DNA from: Candidatus Hermodarchaeota archaeon | GTDB lineage: Archaea > Asgardarchaeota > Lokiarchaeia > Sigyniarchaeales > SOKP01 | Assembly: GCA_048885525.1 (NCBI GenBank) | Contig: JBHLLP010000016.1 | Location: 8,458-72,457, forward strand | Reading direction: 5' to 3' | Length of the DNA stretch: 64,000 bases | Part shown: piece by piece, positions 40,501 to 50,673 of the stretch | Layout of the letters: the number at the start of each line of letters is the position of its first letter | How positions within the stretch are numbered: the stretch's first letter is position 1 | The notes under the pieces: model-generated | Databases searched by the model: none | What the model saw: only the letters and a program-made list of their open reading frames with translations | What the model was told of the DNA's origin: nothing | Made by a program: the position numbers and the translations under genes

Positions 40501-43500
40501 CACGCGATATACCTTCTTTTGATGAGTTACTATCTAGTTTTGATGTCGAAATCCGGAAAAATATTACAGAATCTGCAAATTGGATACCAAGATTGATCAT
40601 TTCGGAACCTACAAATATTACATTCAAACTGCCAGACAATATTGGTGAATGGACTATTAGGGCTGTGTGTAATAACATATTAGAGGATTCTACCAAAATT
40701 GTGTTATGGGGAGAAATAGAAACAAGGCAAATTAAAACTTTTTTACCATTTTTCGTTGAATTTGATATACCTCAACCAGTAGTTCAAGATGACATTCTAA
40801 GTGTAAAGGGTTATATTTATAATTATATTGGAACTGATGTTTATGCAACTGTAGCTATTGATGCCCCTGACCTTGTTATATTAAATAAAGATGTACAAGA
40901 ATTATTTATTCCAAATAATTTTGTCTCAGAAGTAGAGTTTTCTGTATATTGTACAGAGCCTTATTTGCATAATATTACACTTTTGGCCGCTACGGAAGTT
41001 TCTGAAATAATGTATTCAGATGCAAAGCAACTAACTATCTATATAAAACCGAATGGCATTGAAGTAATAAATAGAACTATTGGATTTTTAAATGCTAGTG
41101 ATGGCTCTTTGCTTCTACATTACTCACTAGATCCACTCGCAATTTACCATAAAGAAACATTAGCACTCTATACTGATTTAATGGATATTTCAATTGATAG
41201 CTGGCAATCTTTAATAGGTTATCCTTATGGTTGTATAGAGCAAACAATATCCAAAACACTCCCAACAGCCTTGATATTTCACTATTTAAATCAAACAGAA
41301 CAGCTTACAACAAGTCTGAATCTAGAGATGACTTTAATGATATTAGAAGGCCTCCATCGAATTTATAATTTCCAGCATAGTGATGGAGGTTGGGGTTGGT
41401 GGAGAGATGATAATTCAAAAATTTTAATGACATCTATAGTGATATCAGCTTTAAACCAAATTCAAGAAGTTGGTTTTCCAGTTAATCCAATTATATTACA
41501 AAAAGGCATTGATTATTTAATCGCACATCAATATCCCAATGGTGCTTGGGATTTTCAAGAATATTCTTCAAATACTTTAGAAGCAACAGCATTTATTCTT
41601 AATGCATTAATGAATTCTGATAATATCACTACTGAAATGGATGTAGCTATCAGTAAAGCTGTAAACGAGTTCCAGATTATATGGAACACTCAAGATATGA
41701 AGAGTAGCTATGCTGCTTCTTTATTTTATATCGCAGTATTAGGAACCCTTTATGAAAATAACACATTTACTAGTGACTTAATTAATTTTATCAAGATTGA
41801 TAAAAAAGTAGAAGGTGAAATGATATTTTGGGATTCTGATTCTAATAATATGTGGTATTGGCGAAAGTTAGGTCACATTGTAGAGATAACGTCTTATGCT
41901 GTATGGGCTCTTGCTCTTGAAGATTATATGGGAAATTATGCCCTAATCCAAAGAGCCGTACGATATTTATTGAATCGACGTAACCGTTGGGGATGGGGGT
42001 CAACTGCTGATACGGCAGCAGCAATCACTGGGTTAACAGCAATTAAAGCTATTATGTTTACTGAAGAAATTATAGACTTCAATGGAACAATTTCTATTAT
42101 AATTAATAATAATGAACCTCCACAATATGAGTTAAACTGTACAGAAAATAGCAATAACCCAGATGAAATTCAATTAACTCTTAGTGATTTCATGACAGAA
42201 GATATTAATACAATAAATATTTCTTTGAATGGATTGGGCCAAATTTGCTACATTTTTGAAAGTATACAGATTTTACGATCAAATCCAAGAATCGAAATTC
42301 CCGAGATAATCGAAGTTTCTAAAAATGAACATTTTTACATACCCGTTAAATATTCAGAAATTGATAGCAGGATGCCAATCGCAGACACTACAATATCATT
42401 ACTTAATGTTCCTCTAAACTTACAGGATCCTGAAGCTAATTACACTATTTATCCACCAGGCTTAATTAACGGAAGTGAGATTTTCTTTACTTTAATTGCT
42501 CCAAATATAGAAGGTGATTACATAATAGATGGTGTTTCCACTTTAGGATTTGTTCAATATATTGATTCGCATAATTCTTCAAGGTATCAACTTTTTCAAC
42601 GTACAGTTGGACCCATCAATATTAAAGTAGGAACACAATCACAATCATTAAATCCTGTAATTAAAATATACAATAGTTCAACAATACAAGTTTCTGAAAC
42701 TCTAACTCTTAAAAAGCAAGTTTCTAAACAAGATTTTCTTATTCCCGGAGAAATTATTTCTATTACATTAAGAATTTCAAATGATGGAGATCTACGCCAA
42801 TTTTATGTTCTTGAAGACCATTTACCAACTGGAACAATATTTTTAACTGATTCAGTCGAAATTTCAGGAGATTATGCCGAATCGGAAATTACATATGATC
42901 TTTTCTCATCAGGTGTTCACTTCTTTTTTCCAATGTTGGCTAAAGGAATTACTGAAATTACTTATCAACTTCAAGTTAATAATGTAAAAAATTCATACGC
43001 AGGGCAATGCAAATTATGGGGTATGTATGATGATTTTGCTATTACTGCCACTTCAGTTGTGTTTGAAAACGTTCCGCGAAAATATCATACTAATCATTCT
43101 ATTTACCAAGATTTATTACTTCCCTCTATATTTAATCTAGGTATCAAAGAAAATACTAATACACCTTATAAAAAACTTTTAATTAATTTGGACGCGATTG
43201 ATAATAATGAAATTAGTAAAATTCGGATAGTATTCTTGCAAAACTCTGGTTGGAGGGCTCAAACTTATTATTCAATAAGAAATCAGAGTCATTTCTCAAT
43301 TATTGTATCCGATATTAAAAATATTAATTCCATTGTGAAAATTTATTTAGAAGTTTCAGACATTTATGGTAATGTAGCCACCTCAAATTTAAAATCAGTA
43401 ATAATCCATGCTTATGAACTTATTCCTTACATTATTATAGGAATAATTATAGGTTTTTCAGTAGGATTAGCGAGTATATCTTCGATACTCTTTAAAAAAT

Positions 43501-43577
43501 ATGAAGAAAAAAAGCGAAACATCCCAGATGCGAGAATTGAAGATAGAAATATTTCTTTTTTAAGTGAATCTGAGTAA
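37551..43577 (+). CDS. Alpha-2-macroglobulin-like thioester protein, secreted and C-terminally membrane-anchored
   Basis: Signal/TM N-terminus, MG domains (TTDKTIYSPGD, STDKEVYEPGD), F.LPDNIGEW, thioester PYGCIEQT, QHSDGGWGWW, WGSTADT and a C-terminal TM. Confidence 0.92.
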   Translation: MKMKRRIKGSVFLLLICIQFMLLGFSVMGFNPLNIDDPEEEGEKLNDGTSHSSPYYFPINKSSPLMTEEYLGNDLNNSPKMAYNYYYNDYVLTLNLDKYVLTPSENLAINLGLTCNLTASPGKVISVEVYQGFYRNYYYYYPYYYETKIPIYKENHTTNSNGQVYIYFESFFSEGIYTVCAYSEGYRTYKEFTVGEVGIFYKGPRYYKANQIYTAAVHVVNLTGFSGIPFADFNYTISYYDYSCTNWYILTTDQGQTDDSGYSIFNTNIPLELDDYHLLRLTICTIDGKAEFQTFLYESWDYYYYCLWGGQQKTSQERFQYIVTTDKTIYSPGDSIFLRVLVLEYSFMNETKTLMQNIPISLIIYNPDEFAVFWATLTTDEYGILTFTFPLDEDCELGSYGFEFSQSGEKFRYNVKVDHYVKPVFRVKIDTNGKDFYPYNEKSFEGFVFVSYYFGQPVVGASVNLTIFNYWGELKYTIEGFTNSEGRFYFSISLSSIRDLEYSFSVEAIVIDIYGRSASTKKIYTRIDELFAYGYLTNWAPHPAETLEYYFYVYQYVMSEDLYGYGYWYWQYNPLSNVPVDIEVFGIKDYPIYSLIIKDRTLLATYSKFTNKFGAGNLEFKLPIEQIKLYDFYEIRLSVNLEDGRSTTSSYYFRYKKYSLDINIIDSSLDLGNTLEFDVTFKDILRDSPCTGEGRIYIYDSNYQLIGRVSDIISGSKTYYFDIPNFYPEGKYYIYSYVYSRSNDYYGGYSYHSAHEFFRVGNYHTISFITNYTSTGTYYDEITVQIDDTIEINGFSNVSTNLPVYLEIYKRGLLFSIPLEIYNNSFNYTFPVNADLAPKFTIIVYSISEFGKLYESILVVQVDYSYDISLSTDKEVYEPGDLITLTITPSANITSVLALSFIDSAVLDVEQEDDSELAYFTMNVYSAYIRSGSSWGSGFGAESYWWFGYGIPTGGVYYLAVEEPIPYPEYYYIMFTEEDLGGFTRDIPSFDELLSSFDVEIRKNITESANWIPRLIISEPTNITFKLPDNIGEWTIRAVCNNILEDSTKIVLWGEIETRQIKTFLPFFVEFDIPQPVVQDDILSVKGYIYNYIGTDVYATVAIDAPDLVILNKDVQELFIPNNFVSEVEFSVYCTEPYLHNITLLAATEVSEIMYSDAKQLTIYIKPNGIEVINRTIGFLNASDGSLLLHYSLDPLAIYHKETLALYTDLMDISIDSWQSLIGYPYGCIEQTISKTLPTALIFHYLNQTEQLTTSLNLEMTLMILEGLHRIYNFQHSDGGWGWWRDDNSKILMTSIVISALNQIQEVGFPVNPIILQKGIDYLIAHQYPNGAWDFQEYSSNTLEATAFILNALMNSDNITTEMDVAISKAVNEFQIIWNTQDMKSSYAASLFYIAVLGTLYENNTFTSDLINFIKIDKKVEGEMIFWDSDSNNMWYWRKLGHIVEITSYAVWALALEDYMGNYALIQRAVRYLLNRRNRWGWGSTADTAAAITGLTAIKAIMFTEEIIDFNGTISIIINNNEPPQYELNCTENSNNPDEIQLTLSDFMTEDINTINISLNGLGQICYIFESIQILRSNPRIEIPEIIEVSKNEHFYIPVKYSEIDSRMPIADTTISLLNVPLNLQDPEANYTIYPPGLINGSEIFFTLIAPNIEGDYIIDGVSTLGFVQYIDSHNSSRYQLFQRTVGPINIKVGTQSQSLNPVIKIYNSSTIQVSETLTLKKQVSKQDFLIPGEIISITLRISNDGDLRQFYVLEDHLPTGTIFLTDSVEISGDYAESEITYDLFSSGVHFFFPMLAKGITEITYQLQVNNVKNSYAGQCKLWGMYDDFAITATSVVFENVPRKYHTNHSIYQDLLLPSIFNLGIKENTNTPYKKLLINLDAIDNNEISKIRIVFLQNSGWRAQTYYSIRNQSHFSIIVSDIKNINSIVKIYLEVSDIYGNVATSNLKSVIIHAYELIPYIIIGIIIGFSVGLASISSILFKKYEEKKRNIPDARIEDRNISFLSESE

Positions 43578-43738
43578 GACATAGAAAACTAGGAGGACAT
43601 CAGATTCAGTTTTACAATTATTAAGAGAATAGGAGTTCCTTAAAATTACCAGCCTTAACATTTATATATAGATAATCCATCTCTTTTCATGACTTAAATC
43701 TAAAAAAATTAGGAAGAATATTAAGAATAAGAGGGATT

Positions 43739-44110
43739 TTGGTGGATAAATTAGATATTGGAAATAAGCTAATAGTTATTGGTCTTATATTGTATATCGG
43801 AGCAGTACCTTTATATATAATTTCTGCCATGATATGGGAGATAACTCCAATAGGTTTTATTATAGATTGCATTCTGATTATTACAGGACTTACTTGTATT
43901 ATAATGGGTGGTAATTGGGCAAAAAAGAGCAGAGATTATTGGTTGGTGCTTATAGGATTAATTTTAATACTTGGAGGTTTATTTTTAGAGGCAATCAATA
44001 TTTCAGCTAATATCTCAGGTATTTTCATATATATTCCTTATCCAACTTCGACGGTGCTCTTGATTATAGGAATCACACTCGCCATTATAGGAGGACTAAT
44101 GAAAGAATAG
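43739..44110 (+). CDS. Small 4-TM membrane protein
   Basis: Two similar halves ('LIVIGLIL' / 'LVLIGLIL') with four hydrophobic helices. Confidence 0.65.
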   Translation: MVDKLDIGNKLIVIGLILYIGAVPLYIISAMIWEITPIGFIIDCILIITGLTCIIMGGNWAKKSRDYWLVLIGLILILGGLFLEAINISANISGIFIYIPYPTSTVLLIIGITLAIIGGLMKE

Positions 44111-44636
44111 AAAATAGAACCTTAAATCAAGAGAATTTTCGTTTTTAGAAGAATCTGAAGAAGACGCGAAACATTAACTCGAGTACAGATTTATTTATAT
44201 ATCTAATTTAAACTTTTCAGATCTCTCCCTGGGAAAATTACAAGGAAAAAGAGAAAAAATCGGAAAACATGATATTCAAAATTGCAAAAAGAGGAGACGT
44301 ATTTATCTAATAACAGGGTTAAGGGTTGAGGTATTTAGCCGATTCAACGGCATTAGGTATAAGAATATATTTTAGTATCATGATATTCCGATCTTTTTAT
44401 TTACTTACATTTAATGTTCATCAAAAACTAGTATTTAAGGATTTCCTTTTTTTCTCACGACAAAGCTGACTTTTAAATAAAGAGTCAATTTTAGCAGATT
44501 TTAAAAAATGATGTTTGTTTTAAATACAATAATAGAAATTTAGTATGATATATTAAAATAGGTTTTAAATTGTAAACTTTTTATATAAAACAGTTTCTTA
44601 ATAAAGAATTTTTTTTTCTTTGTAATTTTATATACA

Positions 44637-45458
44637 CTAATGTACTTTTTTTTGAATGTTATAAATAATTCTGTGATTTAATTCGATTTTTTTCTCTTTA
44701 GCTAATTCTAAAAGACATTGGAGTATCATGAATAACCCATATTTTTGTTTGAAATGTTTTCTGATTACTTTAATCAATGTCTTTTTACTTTTGTAATTTT
44801 TAGAACTTTTTTTATAAAATTTGATTATTTTATTTCTTAAAACTCGCTTTATATTTTTATCGTAGAATCTAGCTAATTTAAACTCATTAAATTCTACACA
44901 TAGCAAGTTCCAGCTTGGTATTTTAGTAAAATTAACATTTTTGATATAAAAATTCTCATATTTTGTTCAGAACATCTTTCTATTCTTTTTTTTTAAAGAA
45001 AACGAAAAGTGTAGAGCAAATGGAGTAGAGATTGTTGTTTTATTTTCATAGAATTTAAAATTAACGTAATATACTCTTCCACCATACATTCTATGTAAAA
45101 AATTTTCAACCGTACTAATTTTAACATTCTTTTTATCCTCAGGATATTTCGGGGAAGCCACGCAATAGCCATTTCCATAGAGGATCCATAAAACATATAT
45201 TCCATTTGAGTTATAATTTTTAGTTCGTTCAATAATCTCTTTTACTTGGATTTTAGAGTTCTGAACTTCTACAACTATTTGTTCACCAGAATTTAATCTA
45301 AAATAAACATCTGCTCTTCGATTATTGATATATTTTTCAAGAGATTTCTCAACAATTTTTTTTTTGTTTTCTGAGATATAGTTAAAAATCAATCGTTTGA
45401 TAGCTTTATGATAAAATGACTCCGATCTATCACTTTTGGTTGATAGTAAATTTGTCAT
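44637..45458 (-). pseudogene. CoiA-like PD-(D/E)xK nuclease gene interrupted by one in-frame TGA (44967-44969)
   Basis: ES..HKAIK, RRADVY, VEVQNS and GIYVLWI motifs. The frame continues past TGA (TKYENFYIKNVNFTKIPSWNLLC...) into ORF 44637..44906. Confidence 0.7.
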
Positions 45459-45564
45459 TTTGTCCTTATTTTTTTTAAAATCTCTATTTAATTAGGTAAT
45501 TTTTAGGATTAATAATAAAATTAGACAGTTTTAAGATTTAATAAATTCTTATTGAAATTTTTTC

Positions 45565-46758
45565 TTAAGTTTTAGATAAATTAGGAAGATATATATTATT
45601 GGAAATTTCAATAAGAGATTTTGTATATTCAATAATTTTTTTTGCAATTTCTGGGTGAGAGAGCATTTCAACTTCTATTTTTTCGCCTCTATCCCATAAT
45701 AGATAGGGTGTATCTTCAAAGGGTACATTCGCTTTAACTTCTTGTATCCAACTATCTGGTAATTCGTTTTTTAACTCGATATCAAGCATCCTTGCTAAGA
45801 AAATGGACCATGCTCTAGGAACCACATTTATTAGATAACCTCCTCCTCCTAGTGCCATCCATTTATTTTGACAATATTCTCGAGCTGATGTTTTCATAGT
45901 TTGAGCAATATCTCTATATACTGATAAAGAAAAACCCATTTGAGTTAATGGGTCATCAAAATAAGTATCTACGCCTAGTTGGGTTATTAAAATGTCTGGG
46001 GAATATGCTTCTAATAATTGTGGCGCGGTTTTTCTGAACAAATTTATGAAAGATTTGTTATATGTTCCAGGTAATAATGGAAAATTAATAGAAAATCCCT
46101 TCCCTTTCCCCTCCCCTGTTTCATTAATGCTTCCTGTACCTGGAAATAGAAATCTTCCATCCTGGTGATAGGATATGGTTAATACATTAGGATCATCATA
46201 AAATAACCATTGAACTCCATCTCCATGGTGACAATCGATATCTAAATAAGCAATTCTAATATCTTCATTTAGTTTCTTAAGGTGTTTAATTGCTACTCCA
46301 ATGTCATTGAAAATACAGAATCCCGAAGCTTTATCCTTCATAGCATGATGTAAACCTCCTGCGGGATTAAATGCAATTTTAAATTCTTCCTCATTCCAAA
46401 CTGTTTCTGCTGCTATAATAGAAGCTCCACATACTAAAGCAGATGCTTCATACATTCCTTTAAATATAGGATTATCTCCTGGACCTAATCCGTATCGGTA
46501 AGGAATTATAGTATTATCTGCAGGATTTTTACTTAATTTCTTGACAACTTCTACATATTGCGGCGAGTGTAATCTTTCAATTTCCTCTTGTGTAGCTAAT
46601 CGAGGTTTCATAATTGTAAGCCTCTCATGATCTAAGAGATTCAATTTTTCCATTAAGCTGTATGTTAATTTAAGTCTTAAGGGTCTTAGAGGGTGATCTT
46701 TGCCAAAATCGTATTTCTGATAATCCTCAGTGTAAATTAAACCGACTTTATCAACCAT
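45565..46758 (-). CDS. Histone deacetylase superfamily protein (AcuC-like)
   Basis: HPLRP.R, GGLHHA...ASGFCIFND, DIDCHHGDGVQ and GGGGY motifs. Confidence 0.93.
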   Translation of the reverse strand: MVDKVGLIYTEDYQKYDFGKDHPLRPLRLKLTYSLMEKLNLLDHERLTIMKPRLATQEEIERLHSPQYVEVVKKLSKNPADNTIIPYRYGLGPGDNPIFKGMYEASALVCGASIIAAETVWNEEEFKIAFNPAGGLHHAMKDKASGFCIFNDIGVAIKHLKKLNEDIRIAYLDIDCHHGDGVQWLFYDDPNVLTISYHQDGRFLFPGTGSINETGEGKGKGFSINFPLLPGTYNKSFINLFRKTAPQLLEAYSPDILITQLGVDTYFDDPLTQMGFSLSVYRDIAQTMKTSAREYCQNKWMALGGGGYLINVVPRAWSIFLARMLDIELKNELPDSWIQEVKANVPFEDTPYLLWDRGEKIEVEMLSHPEIAKKIIEYTKSLIEISNNIYLPNLSKT

Positions 46759-46955
46759 AAGTGTTATATTAAAAAAAATTCCTTAATTTTTATTATTGTG
46801 AATTACATTTCTCTTTTATTGTTCTTGTTAATAATTGATAAGTTTTAAAAAAAAAATTAGTAATAAATATGAGAACTTGTATTATCAAAATATCATAGAA
46901 AAAAATAAATGTATTATTAGATAGTTCATATAAAATTAATTTTCATCTTAAGAGA

Positions 46956-47510
46956 ATGAGCCAGAATTTTCGAAAATTCATCACTCGCGTTGGTGAACAA
47001 TCAGAGTTTAAACCTCTCAAGAACCAATTACTTAATTATTTGAAAAAAGAGAGCGAAAATAAATATAAAAATTACCCTCGACTTTTGAAATTAATGGAAA
47101 GTTATTGGCCTCAATATAAAGAACGTTCTCGCATCTCTCATCTCTTAATAGATCATCATGAGGAAATTTTTACTTTTTATTTGAATTCACTTTTCCATTT
47201 TCGGAAGAGAGGTTTGACATTCTCAGACCCAGAAGCTCCAACTCCAGTTGATTTTAAATTAGTTTTTAAATATCATTATAACAATAAGGAAATCGAAATA
47301 GTTGAAGATGTGATAAAAGAATTAAAAATTCAAACTACTACTGAGTCAATTTTAAAGAGGATTTTTATTTTTACAATAAGCTCTTTTGGTTTTATAGTTG
47401 AACAAATATTTGGAAGACCTTTTGCTTTTCAATTTTTTGATATAAATGCAAATTCTTTGCCTAATAATGAATGGGAAGTGATTGCAATTATTTCTGGGAG
47501 AGAACAATAG
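46956..47510 (+). CDS. Hypothetical protein
   Basis: 184-aa ORF, no recognised motif. Confidence 0.6.
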   Translation: MSQNFRKFITRVGEQSEFKPLKNQLLNYLKKESENKYKNYPRLLKLMESYWPQYKERSRISHLLIDHHEEIFTFYLNSLFHFRKRGLTFSDPEAPTPVDFKLVFKYHYNNKEIEIVEDVIKELKIQTTTESILKRIFIFTISSFGFIVEQIFGRPFAFQFFDINANSLPNNEWEVIAIISGREQ

Positions 47511-47523
47511 GTAATTTCTACAC

Positions 47524-47952
47524 TTAACCTTTACTAAGAAATGAACTTAAATCCATCATATCGTCCCCTCGTTTTACTTGAATCTTAGATTTTATCCCTT
47601 TAGCTTTCCGTTCTAAATATATAATAGCGTCTAAAGGAATCTTTCTTGGCACGCCTCCTCTCTGTTGTATAATCGCAAGTAAATAATCAATATTTTGTAC
47701 CACATCTGGACTTATTAACTCATTATAGATAGCTTGATAAACGTAAGGTTCATTTTTCCTTATATGGTTCAAATGGCTGTAAGCCTCTGGAGCTAAAACA
47801 ACTTTTAAGACAAAATCTATTTTTTCAGAAACAGAAACTATTCTCTCTTGAGCTTCTTCTTTTCTTTTTTTAGCTTCCATCATTGCTCTCATCTTTTTCA
47901 TTCGAATTTTTTCTAATTCATATTCTTCAATGTTATGATCATTTTCGCTCAT
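47524..47952 (-). CDS. PDCD5-like DNA-binding protein
   Basis: ELEKIRMKKMRAMM...VLAPEAYSHLNHIR...KI..KR matches the PDCD5/TFAR19 pattern. Confidence 0.75.
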   Translation of the reverse strand: MSENDHNIEEYELEKIRMKKMRAMMEAKKRKEEAQERIVSVSEKIDFVLKVVLAPEAYSHLNHIRKNEPYVYQAIYNELISPDVVQNIDYLLAIIQQRGGVPRKIPLDAIIYLERKAKGIKSKIQVKRGDDMMDLSSFLSKG

Positions 47953-48240
47953 ATATTTTTTATCTCCTTGATATTTCTTAGTTTTCTGCGTTTTTTATAG
48001 ATTTATAATATACATAATTCGTTTGTATCTTTTATAATTATAATAGTACTGTTCTAAATAAGAAGTTTGTGAAGTTTCATAAAGAAAGATTAGAATTTTA
48101 TCAATTTATTATCATTCTGAATATCTCTTTACAGAATCAGCATAAACTGAATGATAGGAATAATAAAACATGACTGTTAATTGAACTCAAACTTTAAATT
48201 AAATAAAATCAGTTTAATTTTTATTTAATTATTATACTGT

Positions 48241-50202
48241 ATGGTGTTTAGTATTAAGTTTAAGGTTTATCTATACTTTTTAATCATTTTCAGTTTTTTT
48301 AATTTTAACGGCGTCTTATGTTTAGAACAAATTCCAGAATTTTTGGATAATGATGCACAGACTTTGAATCATACTGAATGGAATATTTTAAAGCATCCTA
48401 GTTTATCTAATAATGCAGAACAATTCTCTCGTTATAACCTATCTGTTATTTTTCATGAAGCAACATCGAGTGTCACAGGTGTCTTAAGCGTTGATTATTA
48501 CAATAACGATCCTATTCCCTTTACACAAATTCCCTTTCATCTCTTTTTATCAGGAATGCAATATGAAAACAGAATTGGTGATATTGATATTGTAAGCGTT
48601 ACTACTATAACTGAGCCAAAAACTTCTTTAACATTTCAAGTAAATGATGCAGCTCAATTATTATGGGTTAATTTAGAATCGACTTTAGAACCCAATCAGC
48701 GTACATTTTTTGAGATTGAATTTTATTCTGTTCTTCCAAATGGACCTCTTGATAGAGCGAATTCTCATGGTTCAAATTTTTCTGAATCTCGAATATATAA
48801 ATTCACAAGTTTTTATCCAATGCCCTGTGTTTATGACAGTTTTGATGGATGGAATACTGATCCATATTTAGGTTCATGTGATCCATTTTACCATGATATG
48901 GCGTATTACAATTTTACTATTGAAGCCCCAAATGGTGTAATTATAACTGCAACTGGAGAGCTAATTGAAAAAGAGGATAAAGGACCAACCACCGTTTACC
49001 ATTTTGATCCAAAACATCCCGTCAGAGAAGTTACTTTTGCTGCTTCTCGTTATTATCAAATCCAATCTACTATTATTGACGGTGTTAACATTTCTACGTA
49101 TTACATTCCTAAATCTGGTTATTTATGGGAAAATGATGCATTGAACTATGCAGTTAATGCTTTTGATCTTTTTAATGATACATTTGGTTTTTATCCCTAT
49201 TCAACTCTTAATATAGTTGAAGAATATGCTCCTTATTTAGGCATGGAATATCCACTTCAAGTTTATGTCTCAGAAGCAATTGATCATTATACTTATACAA
49301 TACCAGAGAAGAAGAAAATTTTAGAAAAAGCTATCGTTCATGAAATTGCGCACCAATGGTGGTATAATTTAGTCGGCTTTGATCAAATAGACTGGGGTTT
49401 CTTAGATGAAGGCTTAACCTGTTGGTCAACAGATTATTATGGGAGAATTTATTATAGTAATTGGGAGTATTTTCAATATACACGTTACTTTGAAAGAGTA
49501 AGAACATATTATGTAGACTATCACCTTCCCTCAAAATTGAATCAATCTGCATATGACATCATACAAAATAACTATGACTGGGTATATCTTTCATATTATA
49601 AATCTCCTTTAATCTTTGAGAAGATCAGTAGAACCTTAGGGCAAGATAATTTTATACAAGGATTAAAAACTTTTTTTGAACTGTATCATTTTAAAATTGC
49701 TTTATTACCTGATTTACAAAGAGTTTTTGAGAATTTATTTAATCCTTCATTAGATTGGTTGTTTTATCCTTGGTTTGATAATCCTTTTCTTCCAAAATAT
49801 AATTTTCATAAATATAGGTATAATGAAGTTACACGAACGTTAAAACTTACAATTAATGATCTCAATGAATATCTAAATGTTTATCCCTACTCTCAACAAC
49901 TAGAACTTCAAATTTATGATCATAATGGAATATTATTATATAATGAATGGGTATGGATAAATGGGACGACAGTACTTAATATACCATTGAGTCTTAGACC
50001 AGGCAAATTAAGATTGGAATACTGGAATGAAGTTATAGTTCAATTATCTTCATCTGATGTGACATATTTGGAAAAAATTTTAGATGAACCACGATTAATT
50101 TCAGGATATGAAATATGTAGCATTTTAATCTTCTTTATGTTACCATTAATTTTTCTTATCTCAAAGATATTACTTAAATTGAAAAAAATTTCTAAAATTT
50201 AG
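48241..50202 (+). CDS. M1 family zinc aminopeptidase, secreted/membrane-anchored
   Basis: GMEYP and HEIAHQWW...LDEGL motifs, an N-terminal signal and a C-terminal TM. Confidence 0.92.
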   Translation: MVFSIKFKVYLYFLIIFSFFNFNGVLCLEQIPEFLDNDAQTLNHTEWNILKHPSLSNNAEQFSRYNLSVIFHEATSSVTGVLSVDYYNNDPIPFTQIPFHLFLSGMQYENRIGDIDIVSVTTITEPKTSLTFQVNDAAQLLWVNLESTLEPNQRTFFEIEFYSVLPNGPLDRANSHGSNFSESRIYKFTSFYPMPCVYDSFDGWNTDPYLGSCDPFYHDMAYYNFTIEAPNGVIITATGELIEKEDKGPTTVYHFDPKHPVREVTFAASRYYQIQSTIIDGVNISTYYIPKSGYLWENDALNYAVNAFDLFNDTFGFYPYSTLNIVEEYAPYLGMEYPLQVYVSEAIDHYTYTIPEKKKILEKAIVHEIAHQWWYNLVGFDQIDWGFLDEGLTCWSTDYYGRIYYSNWEYFQYTRYFERVRTYYVDYHLPSKLNQSAYDIIQNNYDWVYLSYYKSPLIFEKISRTLGQDNFIQGLKTFFELYHFKIALLPDLQRVFENLFNPSLDWLFYPWFDNPFLPKYNFHKYRYNEVTRTLKLTINDLNEYLNVYPYSQQLELQIYDHNGILLYNEWVWINGTTVLNIPLSLRPGKLRLEYWNEVIVQLSSSDVTYLEKILDEPRLISGYEICSILIFFMLPLIFLISKILLKLKKISKI

Positions 50203-50242
50203 GTTTTATTTATTTTATATATACTTTAATAATTAGAAAAAG

Positions 50243-50396
50243 TGGTCCCTCCCCCCGGAATCTGGTTGGATTCGATTCAAATCCATATTTCGAGCCGGGG
50301 ACCGCTCGGTTACGGCTGACGTAACTTCATTAGCTACAAGCTTTGGTACGCGATATTATCTACAGCCGAGCACTCTGACCACTGAGTTAGGGAGGG
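50243..50396 (-). tRNA. trnY: tRNA-Tyr(GTA) with two introns (50311-50359 at 37/38; 50260-50288 T-loop), CCA encoded
   Basis: Minus strand reads CCCTCCC-TA-ACTC AGTGGTCA GAGT-G-CTCGG CTGTAG|intron|A CCGAG-CGGTC-CCCGG CTCGAA|intron|T CCGGG-GGGAGGG-A-CCA. Confidence 0.9.
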
Positions 50397-50673
50397 ATTA
50401 TTTTTTATATAAATTAATTATAGGATTTATATATTTTTTACGCTTTTTTGGATTAGGACTAGAATTAATACAAATTTAAGTATAAGATAACATTGATTTT
50501 TAGTTTGACAAAACTTAAAAATTGCTTACATTATAAGAATATTAACACAAAATTTTTACAAATAAAAATCGCAAATTACTTTTGTTTTGAAAAATTTTTA
50601 ATATATTAATGTATAATTTTATAAAATCAAACCAATTTATCAATTAGAAATTAAATGCAAAATTAAAAAATAG

